Source: Ignavibacteria bacterium
GTDB taxonomy: Bacteria > Bacteroidota > Ignavibacteria > UBA10030 > SZUA-254
DNA length: 64,000 bases
NCBI GenBank assembly: GCA_031379665.1
Contig: JANNFI010000046.1
Span: forward strand, 33,899-97,898
Reading direction: 5' to 3'
The notes below the pieces were generated by a model. It was not told the DNA's origin, did not search any database, and saw only the letters and a program-made list of their open reading frames with translations. Both the position numbers and the translations under genes were made by a program. Below, piece by piece: positions 32,397 to 42,327 of the stretch (positions within the stretch are counted from its first letter, which is position 1; every line of letters starts with the position of its first letter).

Positions 32397-34976
32397 TTAA
32401 CGTTCAAGCCCGAAGTCGATGTTGTTGACCTGGTCTCCGTCGGGCAGCGCCCTGATTTCGACCGTCCGGGAGATCTCGGTCTGCCGGTAACCGAGTTGAG
32501 CCACCTGACCGGCGTTCAGGGATACGATGTAGCGCCCCGGTTGAAGGGCGAGGAATTCGAATTCCCCGGTCGAAAACGATGTCGCCGTCCTCGGGAACCC
32601 TTCGCGGTCGCCCGACTCGGCCGCTATGGTGATCGTCAGGTTTTCCGCACTGACCATCTGGTCGCCGACGGCGTAGGTCACCCGTCCGCGGATGATGCCG
32701 CCAACGATGATCGGGACTTCAATCTGACGAAAGCGGTTCGGTTCCGAGATCGCCGAAAACGTGCTGAACTTCGGTACCCAGAGCGGGTTGTCGAGGAACT
32801 GCGGTTCGAGCGTCATGAAATACTCCTCGAACGGCAGCGTGTGTTCGAGCAGGAAGCCGCCCGGTGAGTAGCGCACGTAGCTGTTGCCGAAGAGGCTCGA
32901 CGTCTTCAGGCGGCCCTTGGTGATGTATTCCTCGCCCGGGTCGTGGATGTCATTCGCGTTCGCGTCGATGAAGGGCTGGACGACGATGCCGCCGAACCCG
33001 ACTCTGCTCGCCAGGTAATCGAAGTAGAAATCACCCGTTTCCGGCGAGTAGCCCACGGAGCCGCTTACCGACTGCGACGAGCGTAATCCGCCCTCCTCGC
33101 TCGCACCGATGACGGCGCGGACAAGGGCGTATGGGAAATAAAGGACGAACTGGAGCCCGGCGAATGTGTTGTTCGTATAGAAGCTCCGTTCGTAGAAGAG
33201 CTGCAACCAGAAACCGCGGGAGAAGCGCCGGCTGAACTCGAAGCGGGCGTCCCTGAAGCCGCTGTCAAAATGATAGTAGCGCGTGCTCGCCCTGAAGAGG
33301 AACCCTCCCGGGGCCCGGATGCCGAGCGACGCGAAGGTATACGCCTGTTCACGCGTGCCGATGTTGTTGATGTTGTCCCACGTGCGCCGGTGGGAGATCC
33401 TCGGCGAAAAAATTCCGACCTGGCCGCCGAAAGCGATCAATGCCGACCGTTGCCGCCCGGAGGAGAGCAGGGATTGCCTTCCGGCGAGGTCGAGGCTGAG
33501 CCGCCGGTTTCCCGAGCGGACGGGGATGCTGACCGAGGCTGCCGATTCATTCTTGAGATTCCTCGGGTTGTAGAACGGGTTGCGCGCATACCACGAGTAA
33601 CTGGCCGAAGCGCTGGCTGATGAGGGCCAGCTCACCGAGAGGCCCGTCCGCGAGTACGCCGACGGGGCCAGGACGAAATCGCCGGTGAGGATGTCGGTGA
33701 GCCTCGACGTCGCGGTGATCATCGGGTGATACCGCTTCGAAGTCTTCTCGTAGTAATCCACCCCTGCGCCGATGGTCAATCGCGAATTGACGCCCCACTG
33801 TACAACACCGTTGCCGTATCCCTCGTCGAATCGCTGCCGGTAGATGCCCCCGGCAAGGCTGTATTCCACGGTCCCCGGCGGTATCATCTCCGGAGGAACG
33901 ATGATCCGGTACTGGGTGGTCCGCTCGAGCCCGAAGGCGTCGTACGACCTGACGTCGTACATCGAGACGCCGTACGTGACGATCGACGGGAAGGAGTATT
34001 CGTTGACCGCCGACTTGGCCTGGTAGTCGACGAGGGCGCCGCCGTAGTACAGATCGGCTGCGCCGCCTTCCGGGAGCGGACCGCTGATGTTGTCGGAAGT
34101 GAAGTAGAACCGGCGGGGCGCCGGCCGGTTCGTGATTTCTGCGCCGAAGACGGACGAGGGCATCAGCCCCGTGGTAAGGATGTCCCCGATGGTGATCTGG
34201 CGGACGTACGAATTATTGAGGAATGCCCACCGCAGGCGGCTAAGGACGTCATCCCACGTGAGGGCCCGACCAAACGTGCCGAACACCCTCGTGTCCATAT
34301 CGCCCCCCAGGATGTGGTTCCCCACCTGAACCGCGAAGGTGCGGCGCGGCTGGCCGAACTGCGTGAGCTGGGACGTGAGGGAGTAACCAATCCGTCCGAA
34401 ACCGAACGGGATGAAGGACCGGTCGATGGTGACTTCGGGATCGGGGAGCTGGCCCAGGGTGCGGCGTCGTTTTCTGGCTAACTCCCTGTCTCGCTCCTGG
34501 TAGACGGGCAGACGGTGCTTCGTTTTCAGTGAGACCTCAAGCCTACGGGGGTTATACCTGAGCGCGATGCCGAAGATCTCGTTGTACCGGTCCTCGAAGA
34601 GGAAGAGGTCGTCGGTGCCGCGGAGCAGGTCGTCCTGCGAGAGAGCGATGGATCGCCCTTCGATGATGGCGACGAGAGCAGTGCCATCGATCGAATAGGG
34701 ATTGTCGCTCCGGAGGAAGGCGCCTTCCGCCCTGCCGGTCGGGAGGTCGAGCACGACGGGAATCTTGACGAAATCGAAGAGGCTGCGGATCGGGATGTAT
34801 GCGCGTTCACCACGCAGCATGATCTGGAGATCCACCCTGAGACCGCCCTGCAGATCGAGCCCGACCGGGACGAGCATCGTGGAATCGCCGGGAGCATCGG
34901 TCTGCGCGACAACGCCTCCGGCCAGCGACAGCACCGTCGTAATCAGGAGAAAAATCCTCAGGACTCTGGCACTCAT
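32397..34976 (-). CDS. Large outer-membrane protein, candidate fimbrial usher-like pore (859 aa).
   Basis: Signal peptide; long Gly/Tyr/Ser/Arg-rich beta-strand-like middle region; C-terminal small beta-sandwich-like domain (PGRYIVSLNAG). Sits immediately downstream of a PapD-like chaperone gene. No usher motifs could be verified by eye. Confidence 0.4.
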   Translation of the reverse strand: MSARVLRIFLLITTVLSLAGGVVAQTDAPGDSTMLVPVGLDLQGGLRVDLQIMLRGERAYIPIRSLFDFVKIPVVLDLPTGRAEGAFLRSDNPYSIDGTALVAIIEGRSIALSQDDLLRGTDDLFLFEDRYNEIFGIALRYNPRRLEVSLKTKHRLPVYQERDRELARKRRRTLGQLPDPEVTIDRSFIPFGFGRIGYSLTSQLTQFGQPRRTFAVQVGNHILGGDMDTRVFGTFGRALTWDDVLSRLRWAFLNNSYVRQITIGDILTTGLMPSSVFGAEITNRPAPRRFYFTSDNISGPLPEGGAADLYYGGALVDYQAKSAVNEYSFPSIVTYGVSMYDVRSYDAFGLERTTQYRIIVPPEMIPPGTVEYSLAGGIYRQRFDEGYGNGVVQWGVNSRLTIGAGVDYYEKTSKRYHPMITATSRLTDILTGDFVLAPSAYSRTGLSVSWPSSASASASYSWYARNPFYNPRNLKNESAASVSIPVRSGNRRLSLDLAGRQSLLSSGRQRSALIAFGGQVGIFSPRISHRRTWDNINNIGTREQAYTFASLGIRAPGGFLFRASTRYYHFDSGFRDARFEFSRRFSRGFWLQLFYERSFYTNNTFAGLQFVLYFPYALVRAVIGASEEGGLRSSQSVSGSVGYSPETGDFYFDYLASRVGFGGIVVQPFIDANANDIHDPGEEYITKGRLKTSSLFGNSYVRYSPGGFLLEHTLPFEEYFMTLEPQFLDNPLWVPKFSTFSAISEPNRFRQIEVPIIVGGIIRGRVTYAVGDQMVSAENLTITIAAESGDREGFPRTATSFSTGEFEFLALQPGRYIVSLNAGQVAQLGYRQTEISRTVEIRALPDGDQVNNIDFGLER

Positions 34977-34995
34977 CGGACTTCGGACTGGGTGG

Positions 34996-35832
34996 TTATG
35001 GAATGGTCAGTTGGTATGTGAAGCGAACGGCATCCGTTTTCAGCCGGTACTGCGCAGGGACGCCTGGTCGCATATTGTCGACGTTGAGTTCCAGCACGTA
35101 CGATCCCGCGGGAATATCCTTCACGTCCATCGTGATCGGGTAGACCATGTCGCGGTAGACGGCGATGTGGTGATCGTGCGACTTCATCAACCGCCCGTCG
35201 TCGTTCCTCAGGAAACATCGGATGGTGCCCCAAAAGGAAGCGTTCCCGAGGCGGGAAAGATCGACTCCCATCTTCAGCATTCCGGTGTCCACGACCGATG
35301 TGATGCCGTGGACCTTGATGCCGGAGCTGACTGAACCTGTCCGGACCTGGAGCGGAACATCAACCTGCGACACGAATTCCATTCGCATCCGCACGTTGCC
35401 TCCCGGGGTCTGAGGGGGCGCCGCCGTGCGCTGTTTCGAACTCACGATCACCCTCGCCCAGTATTCGCCGGACACCAGACCGACCGGAGTCTGCACCATC
35501 ACCCTCACCACCTGCGATTCACGAGCGTTGAGGACAAATCGCTGGGGGTACGCCGTGAGCCAGGTGGCCGCGCTGGGATCCTGTGGGGTGGGTTCTTCGA
35601 GGTAATTGATGTAAAAATTTCCACTGTCGTTGACGAGCGGGTAGCCGTATCTGAAGTCGAGCCAGATTTCCTGCCGCGTTTCCGTCGGATTCGAGACAGT
35701 GATGGCTACGGAGCGGTTGGGGGAATTGATGAACAGCGCCTGGGGATATACGGAGACGGAAGCATCAAGTCGGGACCACGCAAGGGCCGAGAGAACGAGA
35801 AGGAACAGGATTCCCGACTTAGCTTTGGGCAT
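34996..35832 (-). CDS. Periplasmic PapD-like pilus chaperone candidate.
   Basis: Signal peptide; N-terminal VSVYPQALFINSPNRSVAITVSNPTETRQEIWLDFRY resembles the chaperone N-domain pattern (V.P.R..........V.N......W); 278 aa, typical length for two Ig-like domains. Confidence 0.45.
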   Translation of the reverse strand: MPKAKSGILFLLVLSALAWSRLDASVSVYPQALFINSPNRSVAITVSNPTETRQEIWLDFRYGYPLVNDSGNFYINYLEEPTPQDPSAATWLTAYPQRFVLNARESQVVRVMVQTPVGLVSGEYWARVIVSSKQRTAAPPQTPGGNVRMRMEFVSQVDVPLQVRTGSVSSGIKVHGITSVVDTGMLKMGVDLSRLGNASFWGTIRCFLRNDDGRLMKSHDHHIAVYRDMVYPITMDVKDIPAGSYVLELNVDNMRPGVPAQYRLKTDAVRFTYQLTIP

Positions 35833-36030
35833 TTTGCGATGAATGAAAAATATTACGAATAACTGACAGGGTAGAATAATATAAAAAGTTTTTAGTCAAT
35901 AATCTAGAGCCCGTCCGGCATTTTGGACGTTTATTCGCGGTTTTTGCTCTGTCAGAGGATGGAATTACGAAAAACGGGTAAGGCTTGAATCAGGCTGATT
36001 TCGCCAACGGGTGTGGCCCGAAAAATAAGC

Positions 36031-36071
36031 AAAAAGGCACCGAGGCCAGTGAAGGCCTTCGGTACCTTTTT
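36031..36071 (-). terminator. Rho-independent terminator downstream of the pilin-like gene.
   Basis: Imperfect hairpin GGCACCGAGGCC...GGCCTTCGGTACC flanked by A-run/T-run (reads as bidirectional). Confidence 0.5.
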
Positions 36072-36096
36072 GCCTTTGAAGCAGGATCAGTTCAGC

Positions 36097-36645
36097 TTAG
36101 TTGCCGGTGTAGACAGCCGAGCCGATGATCTGGGCAGTGTAGCCGCCCGCGAACGCCGTCGTCGGAACCGTCACCGTCGCGCCAAGGAACAGACCGCTGG
36201 CCGCGCCGCCGCCGATCGTGACCGTCACCGCGCTACCCGTCACCGGGCCCGCATCGGCAAACGCCACGCCGGGATCGTTGTCGTAGTTCCAGCCGTAGGT
36301 CCAGTTGCTCAGCGGCAGGTTGCCGTTCTCGTCGTCGGAGGTGAACGCGCCGGGAAGGATCATGGTCACCAGGACATCAGTACCCGGGTTGCCGTCCACT
36401 TCGAAACCGATCGCATCGACCACGACGCCAGCGCCTTCGCCGGGGCCGGGGGGCTCTTTGAAGCCGCTCGGGGTCACGGTATAGGTATTTCCGGGCGAGA
36501 AAAGGCCCCAGTCGCCGTCGACGTTGACGAGAACCAGTTCGCTCTCGACGGTGGCCGTCACGAGGATCTCGGCTTCGCTCTGAGCTAATGCGCTGCTCAG
36601 ACCGACAACCAACAGTAAGGCAAGTACAAACATGAAGCGTTTCAT
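36097..36645 (-). CDS. Small secreted beta-rich protein, candidate pilin-like subunit (DUF4402 / spore-coat-U-like).
   Basis: Signal peptide (MKRFMFVLALLLVVGLSSALAQS); 182 aa; Gly/Thr/Val-rich; first gene of a three-gene unit followed by a strong terminator, as expected of a major subunit. Confidence 0.35.
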   Translation of the reverse strand: MKRFMFVLALLLVVGLSSALAQSEAEILVTATVESELVLVNVDGDWGLFSPGNTYTVTPSGFKEPPGPGEGAGVVVDAIGFEVDGNPGTDVLVTMILPGAFTSDDENGNLPLSNWTYGWNYDNDPGVAFADAGPVTGSAVTVTIGGGAASGLFLGATVTVPTTAFAGGYTAQIIGSAVYTGN

Positions 36646-36796
36646 GTTAACTCCTGAAATGAATGTGTGTGAGTTGGTGGATTAGAGAAGTGTAGGTTTT
36701 AATACTGACGTTAAATTCTGCGTTAAAACACTGTTGGGACTCCCTATCCTGGTTGCCACGCACCTCGCGGTACGTGGCAACCGTCGGGGAAAAACA

Positions 36797-38749
36797 TTAC
36801 TTCATCAGGACCATCTTCTGGACTGACTGGAACTGCCCGTCGTTGACGTTGATCTGGTAGTAGTACACGCCGGTGGCCAGTCTCGCGCCGTCCAGCTCCA
36901 CCCAGTTTTCGCCCGCGCTGAATTCCTCGCGGTCGGCGAGTGTCGCCACCACCTGGCCCAGCATGTTGTAGACCCTCAGCGTCACGATCGCGTCTTCCGG
37001 GATCGTGAATTCGATGGTCGTCGTCGGGTTGAACGGGTTCGGGTAGTTCTGCGAGAGCCCGAACACCTTCGGCACTTCGTAGATCGATGAGTAGTCACCC
37101 GGTGTGGCCACTGGCGCATTGTTCGGACCCGAGGCCTCAAAGATGTCCGAGAGCGCCACCGGCCCGATACCCGTGGCTACAGTGTTGGTTCCGCCCCACG
37201 AGGCGGTATCGAAGGCGCCGGAGAATTCCATGTTCAGCGTTTCGAGGAAGTTTGCCAGACGGACGTAGGTCCACGAGTTGGTCGGGAGGATAGGAAGACC
37301 GCCGTAGCACGCAAGGGCCTTGTCCGCCGAATCCGCGATGGCATCGACCGTCTGTCCCACCCACGACGTCTCCGGTCCGACATACACCAGGTCACGGAAC
37401 CCAGTCGATGGAGTGTGGCCGAGCGAGCTGGCACCCATGTTGAACTTCAGCGCGATCAGCTGGCCGAGCAGCTTATTGCCCATCATCGGCGAATCCTTGT
37501 AACGGACCGTTTTGTCAGGACCGAGGGCCTTCAGCGTCTTGATGTTCGCCTTGCTCTTGATCGTGTCCAGGCAGTACGCCGTTCCGTTTTGCAGGATCGT
37601 CACATTCTTGAACTTATAGAGTGTCTTGGTCACGTCCTTCCACTTCGGGGCGCTGACGTGGTGGATGATCGGCTTGCCCTTCTCGTTCACCCCGATCTGG
37701 CCTGGCAGACCGACACCCCCGCCCAGACCGAGGCTCAGGTTCAGCGGCTGCAGGTACATTTCGTCGCCGATATTGTTCACGTTCGGCTTCGGCAGGCGCA
37801 GAGTGTTGACAAACACCAGCGTTCCGCCGGTGGTCTTGTCATCGTTGAACCATCCCTTGCCCTTCATCGCCTTGCCCTTATTGCCGTTGCCTTCGACGAG
37901 CACGCCCTGGCCGGCTACGAGCACCGGTCCGGGAATCGTGACGTCGTACTTTTTCAATCCCGAAATGTTGATCGGAACGTGGCCGTCCGGATCACCGGGG
38001 AAGGAGATGCTGCCTTCGACGACCTTGTCGAATTCAACGTGGATTTTTGTTCCGCCGCCGACCGGTGAGGTCATTGTCGTGGTGAAATCCACCGAAATCG
38101 GCTTCGGCTTCTCGAACTTGCCGACCTTGCCTTTTGCGTCGGACGCCATGGCGATCGAATCCGCCGTAAACGTACGCATCATCGAGCCGTCGCCGACCAC
38201 GATGTCCACGAAACTGCCCGAAAGGGTGCTGAACGTAGCGTGGGTGAACGAGGTTTGCGCGCTCATGTCAACCGTCGTGAAGAGGAAACCGCCGAAACCG
38301 TCGGTCATATAGAACCCGCCACCGCTCACCGCGCCGAGCCCGGCGGGCCAGGAGAGGGTGATCGGTATTCCGTCCGGATCAGTCCGCCGGAACTTGAGGC
38401 GGTAGACATCCTTCTGTCCGTCGCTCACCAGGTTGCGAATGTCGACCGCGACGCCCTGTCCGAAGGCGAGGCCGCCCGTCGGATCGGTGAGGCGCACATC
38501 GGGTGCCTGGTCGGCGCCGCTCGGCGGAACGGGCGGAAGCTCATTCTCGACGAGGATCGGGCTGATGCTGTCACCGATCGCGTTGGTCGCGACGATGTAC
38601 TTCCCGATGACGACCGAGTCCTTCCATCCAGTCCCGTCCTCAGCGTAAATCTTGACGCTGAAGTTGGTCTGGCTCCACGCTGATGTGGCCCCCAGAAGAA
38701 TGAGGCACACCATCACCATATAGAGCGTAAAACTTTTAGAGATATTCAT
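36797..38749 (-). CDS. Secreted protein with T9SS C-terminal domain (650 aa).
   Basis: Signal peptide; ELPPVPPSG motif; shared LGQLIALKFNMGASS module; C-terminal LSQNYPNPFNPTTTIEF...LRVYNMLGQVV. Confidence 0.7.
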   Translation of the reverse strand: MNISKSFTLYMVMVCLILLGATSAWSQTNFSVKIYAEDGTGWKDSVVIGKYIVATNAIGDSISPILVENELPPVPPSGADQAPDVRLTDPTGGLAFGQGVAVDIRNLVSDGQKDVYRLKFRRTDPDGIPITLSWPAGLGAVSGGGFYMTDGFGGFLFTTVDMSAQTSFTHATFSTLSGSFVDIVVGDGSMMRTFTADSIAMASDAKGKVGKFEKPKPISVDFTTTMTSPVGGGTKIHVEFDKVVEGSISFPGDPDGHVPINISGLKKYDVTIPGPVLVAGQGVLVEGNGNKGKAMKGKGWFNDDKTTGGTLVFVNTLRLPKPNVNNIGDEMYLQPLNLSLGLGGGVGLPGQIGVNEKGKPIIHHVSAPKWKDVTKTLYKFKNVTILQNGTAYCLDTIKSKANIKTLKALGPDKTVRYKDSPMMGNKLLGQLIALKFNMGASSLGHTPSTGFRDLVYVGPETSWVGQTVDAIADSADKALACYGGLPILPTNSWTYVRLANFLETLNMEFSGAFDTASWGGTNTVATGIGPVALSDIFEASGPNNAPVATPGDYSSIYEVPKVFGLSQNYPNPFNPTTTIEFTIPEDAIVTLRVYNMLGQVVATLADREEFSAGENWVELDGARLATGVYYYQINVNDGQFQSVQKMVLMK

Positions 38750-38805
38750 AGCTACCTCGCTTATGATGTGGGTTGTAATTAGTAGATGAAAACTTTTATA
38801 CCTGA

Positions 38806-38851
38806 AGGGAAGAAATATCCGGGGTATCCGCGATGGGTGGCGGATACCCCG
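38806..38851 (-). terminator. Rho-independent terminator downstream of the 38863-42036 gene.
   Basis: Perfect 12-bp stem CGGGGTATCCGC/GCGGATACCCCG with an 8-nt loop, T-rich on the minus strand after the stem. Confidence 0.55.
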
Positions 38852-38862
38852 AATTCAACCGT

Positions 38863-41800
38863 TTACTTCATCAGCATGATTTTCCGAGCGGTATTGAACT
38901 CGTCGGAGCTCATCCGCAGGAAGTACATACCCGTCGGGGCGACCACGCCGTTTTCGTCGCGGCCGTTCCATTCGAGCGTGTACTGGCCGGCCGCCTGGGT
39001 GCCGTTCAGCAACGAGACGATCTTGCGGCCGAGAATGTCGAACACGGCAACTTCCACCTCCGTCGCCCTCGGCAGATCCACCGTGAAGTGGGTGACCGGG
39101 TTGAACGGATTCGGATAGTTCTGGCTCAGCGCGAAAATCGCCGGGAGATTGACTCCTTCAGAGAGCTGGACCGCGAAGTTCTTCACGTTCTCGCTCTTGA
39201 TCATGTACGAACCGGAACCGTCCATGACCTGCTGAATCGATTTGCCGTCGACGAGGTCGCTCAGAACCATCTTTCGGGCGCCCCTGACCGGGGAGTTGAT
39301 CTCCCAGCGGACGATCACGGGATAGACTGCGCCCTGGATCGAGACGGGGAACGAGTAGATCTGCCCTTCCGCCGGAACCTCGGGATAGCTTTCGACCATC
39401 CTCTGGGACTGGAAGCGCACATCGAACGAACCTGCCGGCGGTGCCGGGGGCAGTTCGAAGAAGCTAAGCTCGTTCCGGAGCTGGCCTTCGTTGCCGAGAT
39501 AGATCGTCTGTGAACGACCGAGGGCGTCCTGGACCGTGACCTTGTTCAGGCCACCGAGGTCAGTTTCACCCGCGATCATCGCCTCGGCCTTGGGGGCTGC
39601 GGCGTACGACGACATCGAGAGCGTGCCGGCGCCGTTCATCTTCACCCAGTAACCTTTTCCGGGCTGGATGAGGGCTGCGGTAGAGTATCCGCTGATGCCG
39701 TACCCGAAGTAGCTGGAGACCACGGTACCACCGGTAACCCCGATGGATCCGACACCGACGTAACCCGAAGGTCCGCCGATGAGGTTCCACTTGTCGACCA
39801 CAGAAGCCGTGACGTCATGATCGAACGTGCCGGGTGAGTTTCCGACTCCGCCGTAACCGTCGAACTTCATCCAGACTCCCTGACCCTTCGTCAACGGATC
39901 CGCCACGACGTATCCGCTCGAATAGCGGTACGCCGGTGAGACGGCAGTCGGGTAAAGAGCGGCTTTGCCATAGTTCGCGTCATTCGGCGTCGCCGAAACC
40001 GCCATGATGTTCCAGCCGTCCTGGGCGCTGGAGCCGACCTTGGGGTAGAACCTGACGCAGCTGTTATCGTAGATTCTTGTCTGAATCGGATAGCCGCTCT
40101 TGTTATAGAAGAGGCTTCCCGGCGTCGGGCCGGAAATCAGGTTCGAATCGGCCTGCAGACCGACGAGGTTCACCGAATCGAGCCCGGTCGTACCGACGGA
40201 CTCATATTGATATTCGACGATGCCCGTGCAACGGTCCAGAACGACGCGGAACGTGGTAATGTCCGGTGTAATACCGGCAAGGGCGAAGGCGCCGATGGAA
40301 TCCCATTGGACGATGAACAAGCAGGTGTCACCGTCGTTGCCGTAGAGAATCCGGCCGTATTGACCCGCAGAGTCACCAATGATGTGATCGGCCCAAAACG
40401 GCGCTATCAACATCGGGGGCATCTGGCCCAGGTTAAAGGTGTCTGCGCGACCGTGCCACTGGTCATTCGGGAAGTTCCATCCGTTCGTCCACGAACCATT
40501 AGCGTTCACATCGAGCGTATCGGTCGCACTCTTGCCCAGTGTGATGGCGCCGTTGACGCCGACCCACGCGTAGCGGAAGGCATCGCCGAAGACGACATAA
40601 TCGTCGCCCATGTCGAACGGACCGGCGCTGCCGTCGTCCATCGGGGTCACGGTCACCGGATTGAAGAAGTCGGCTGTATCAATGGCCGTGCCCGACGCGG
40701 AAATGTCGTGCACCACGCAGGCGTAACCGGTGTCGATGCTGAACCAGTCGCTGCCGTACGCCACGATGCTGTAAGCGTCAGGAGCGCCCTGACCTACTGC
40801 GCCGTCGAGGTCGGTCGCAAGGACTTTCCAGGTCACCGTGTTGCCCGCAGGCTGGCCTGGGAGGGTCCCCTCGAAGTTGTCGAGGCCGAGGTCGGTCATT
40901 GGGATGTCCGACTGGACGACGTTGTTGAGCGACCAGCGGAGGATGGCCGACGCGACACCGGCATTGCCCGGGGTCTCGGGGTTGCAATCCTCGATCACGG
41001 CCGTGACGACCTGGTCGCCCGTGTCAAATGTCGTCTCGACGTCGTCCTGGGAAACGATGATCGGCGGGACGTTCGAGCTGACCGTCATGGCGTACCACCA
41101 GTTCCACATCGCAACGTTGAGCGTATCTGCGGTGAAGCCGCCGCGGGCAACCCACCCGCGACGGATGTCGTTGATCGGAGCGCCGGCGCAGTTGGACGGG
41201 CCCTTGTCGTGTTCGTAAAACTTCCAGTCACGCGCCGGATAATCCTCGTCGGCAGTGGAGACGTCGAAGCTGGCGGCGCCCCACTCGGTCCGGCCTTCGT
41301 CTGACTGTTCCGCGTGCCCCGCGGGCCACGCAGGGTTGAAGTTCACCCTTTGCGAGACGAAGAAATGATCGCCGAGCGTCACCGAAGGCGCCCCGAGCAC
41401 ACCGAGGTCATAGAAATTGAGTGATGCGGCGTGAATCCCGACGGCCACTCCGCCGAATCCCCAGATCTCAACACCGAACGGCGGGCCTGAGGGAACAGCA
41501 GAGTTGTTGATGGTCGAGACCCACGATGTGTCGGTGGCTTCCTCGATGAACGCCGCGACTCCCTGGTCGGGGTCGTTCGTGTTCGCCCAGTATCCCCAGT
41601 TCTGGCAGGGGGAATTGAACGGGCCGGGACGCACACCAGGACCGTAGTCGGGTCCGATGTTTGATTCGTGGATGCGGAGATACACCGTTGAGTCGTATGC
41701 GTTGACCGCGTTCCACTGCTCCCAGAAGAGCGTGTCGATCGTTCCTGTCGCCTTTGCAGTGAACCACTGTCCCATCACGTCTTTGTGATGGGCGCCGAAG

Positions 41801-42036
41801 TTCGACGTGAGGGGATAGATTGATTGGGGATACCCGAAGTAGAACTTATTCGAGCATACGCCGTTTCTGGATGAGACCATCCGCTGTTTCCATTCCTTGA
41901 TGGACGATGCGGCGCTCTTCCCCTGCTCTATTGGAATCACCTCGTCATTCGGTGATACCAGATACCGTTTCTGAGCGGACATCATCGTGCTCAAAATCAG
42001 CACCGAGAGAAACAACGAGAAAAATCGCATAAGCAT
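38863..42036 (-). CDS. Large secreted multi-domain protein with T9SS C-terminal domain (1057 aa).
   Basis: Signal peptide; WNIMAVSA / YRYSSGY / KGQGVWMKF and WNLIGGPS / FGYGISGY / PGKGYWVKM modules; FFELPPAPPAGSFDVRF module; C-terminal LSQNYPNPFNPVTHFTV...VAVFDILGRKI. Confidence 0.7.
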   Translation of the reverse strand: MLMRFFSLFLSVLILSTMMSAQKRYLVSPNDEVIPIEQGKSAASSIKEWKQRMVSSRNGVCSNKFYFGYPQSIYPLTSNFGAHHKDVMGQWFTAKATGTIDTLFWEQWNAVNAYDSTVYLRIHESNIGPDYGPGVRPGPFNSPCQNWGYWANTNDPDQGVAAFIEEATDTSWVSTINNSAVPSGPPFGVEIWGFGGVAVGIHAASLNFYDLGVLGAPSVTLGDHFFVSQRVNFNPAWPAGHAEQSDEGRTEWGAASFDVSTADEDYPARDWKFYEHDKGPSNCAGAPINDIRRGWVARGGFTADTLNVAMWNWWYAMTVSSNVPPIIVSQDDVETTFDTGDQVVTAVIEDCNPETPGNAGVASAILRWSLNNVVQSDIPMTDLGLDNFEGTLPGQPAGNTVTWKVLATDLDGAVGQGAPDAYSIVAYGSDWFSIDTGYACVVHDISASGTAIDTADFFNPVTVTPMDDGSAGPFDMGDDYVVFGDAFRYAWVGVNGAITLGKSATDTLDVNANGSWTNGWNFPNDQWHGRADTFNLGQMPPMLIAPFWADHIIGDSAGQYGRILYGNDGDTCLFIVQWDSIGAFALAGITPDITTFRVVLDRCTGIVEYQYESVGTTGLDSVNLVGLQADSNLISGPTPGSLFYNKSGYPIQTRIYDNSCVRFYPKVGSSAQDGWNIMAVSATPNDANYGKAALYPTAVSPAYRYSSGYVVADPLTKGQGVWMKFDGYGGVGNSPGTFDHDVTASVVDKWNLIGGPSGYVGVGSIGVTGGTVVSSYFGYGISGYSTAALIQPGKGYWVKMNGAGTLSMSSYAAAPKAEAMIAGETDLGGLNKVTVQDALGRSQTIYLGNEGQLRNELSFFELPPAPPAGSFDVRFQSQRMVESYPEVPAEGQIYSFPVSIQGAVYPVIVRWEINSPVRGARKMVLSDLVDGKSIQQVMDGSGSYMIKSENVKNFAVQLSEGVNLPAIFALSQNYPNPFNPVTHFTVDLPRATEVEVAVFDILGRKIVSLLNGTQAAGQYTLEWNGRDENGVVAPTGMYFLRMSSDEFNTARKIMLMK

Positions 42037-42327
42037 TTCTCCTTTTGGAAGCTATGAAGTGTTAGTTAGTTAAAGTAGAGATGTTTTACAAAAAGGTGCT
42101 CGACCACTGCAACAAATGTGTCGGGACAACTTTTACAATTCATCCAGTCTTGAACTGGCTGTCAGGATAATTGCTTCGAGAGCCGGCGTGTAGAGGTTAT
42201 TCTCAATATATTCCATTTAAAAAATATTGTCAAGTCATTTCTTAAAATAACTCACAAATTCGCCGATTGCGGGTAAACCCTCCGCAGGCCCATCTTACCT
42301 GATTTTCGTAGTTTTTCATAGGGCTGA

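Noticed and set aside
36751-36782. 10-bp perfect inverted repeat GGTTGCCACG/CGTGGCAACC with a 12-nt loop downstream of the 36797 gene.
   Set aside because: Probably a terminator hairpin, but the loop is long and the T-run is weak; not confident enough to list as a feature.
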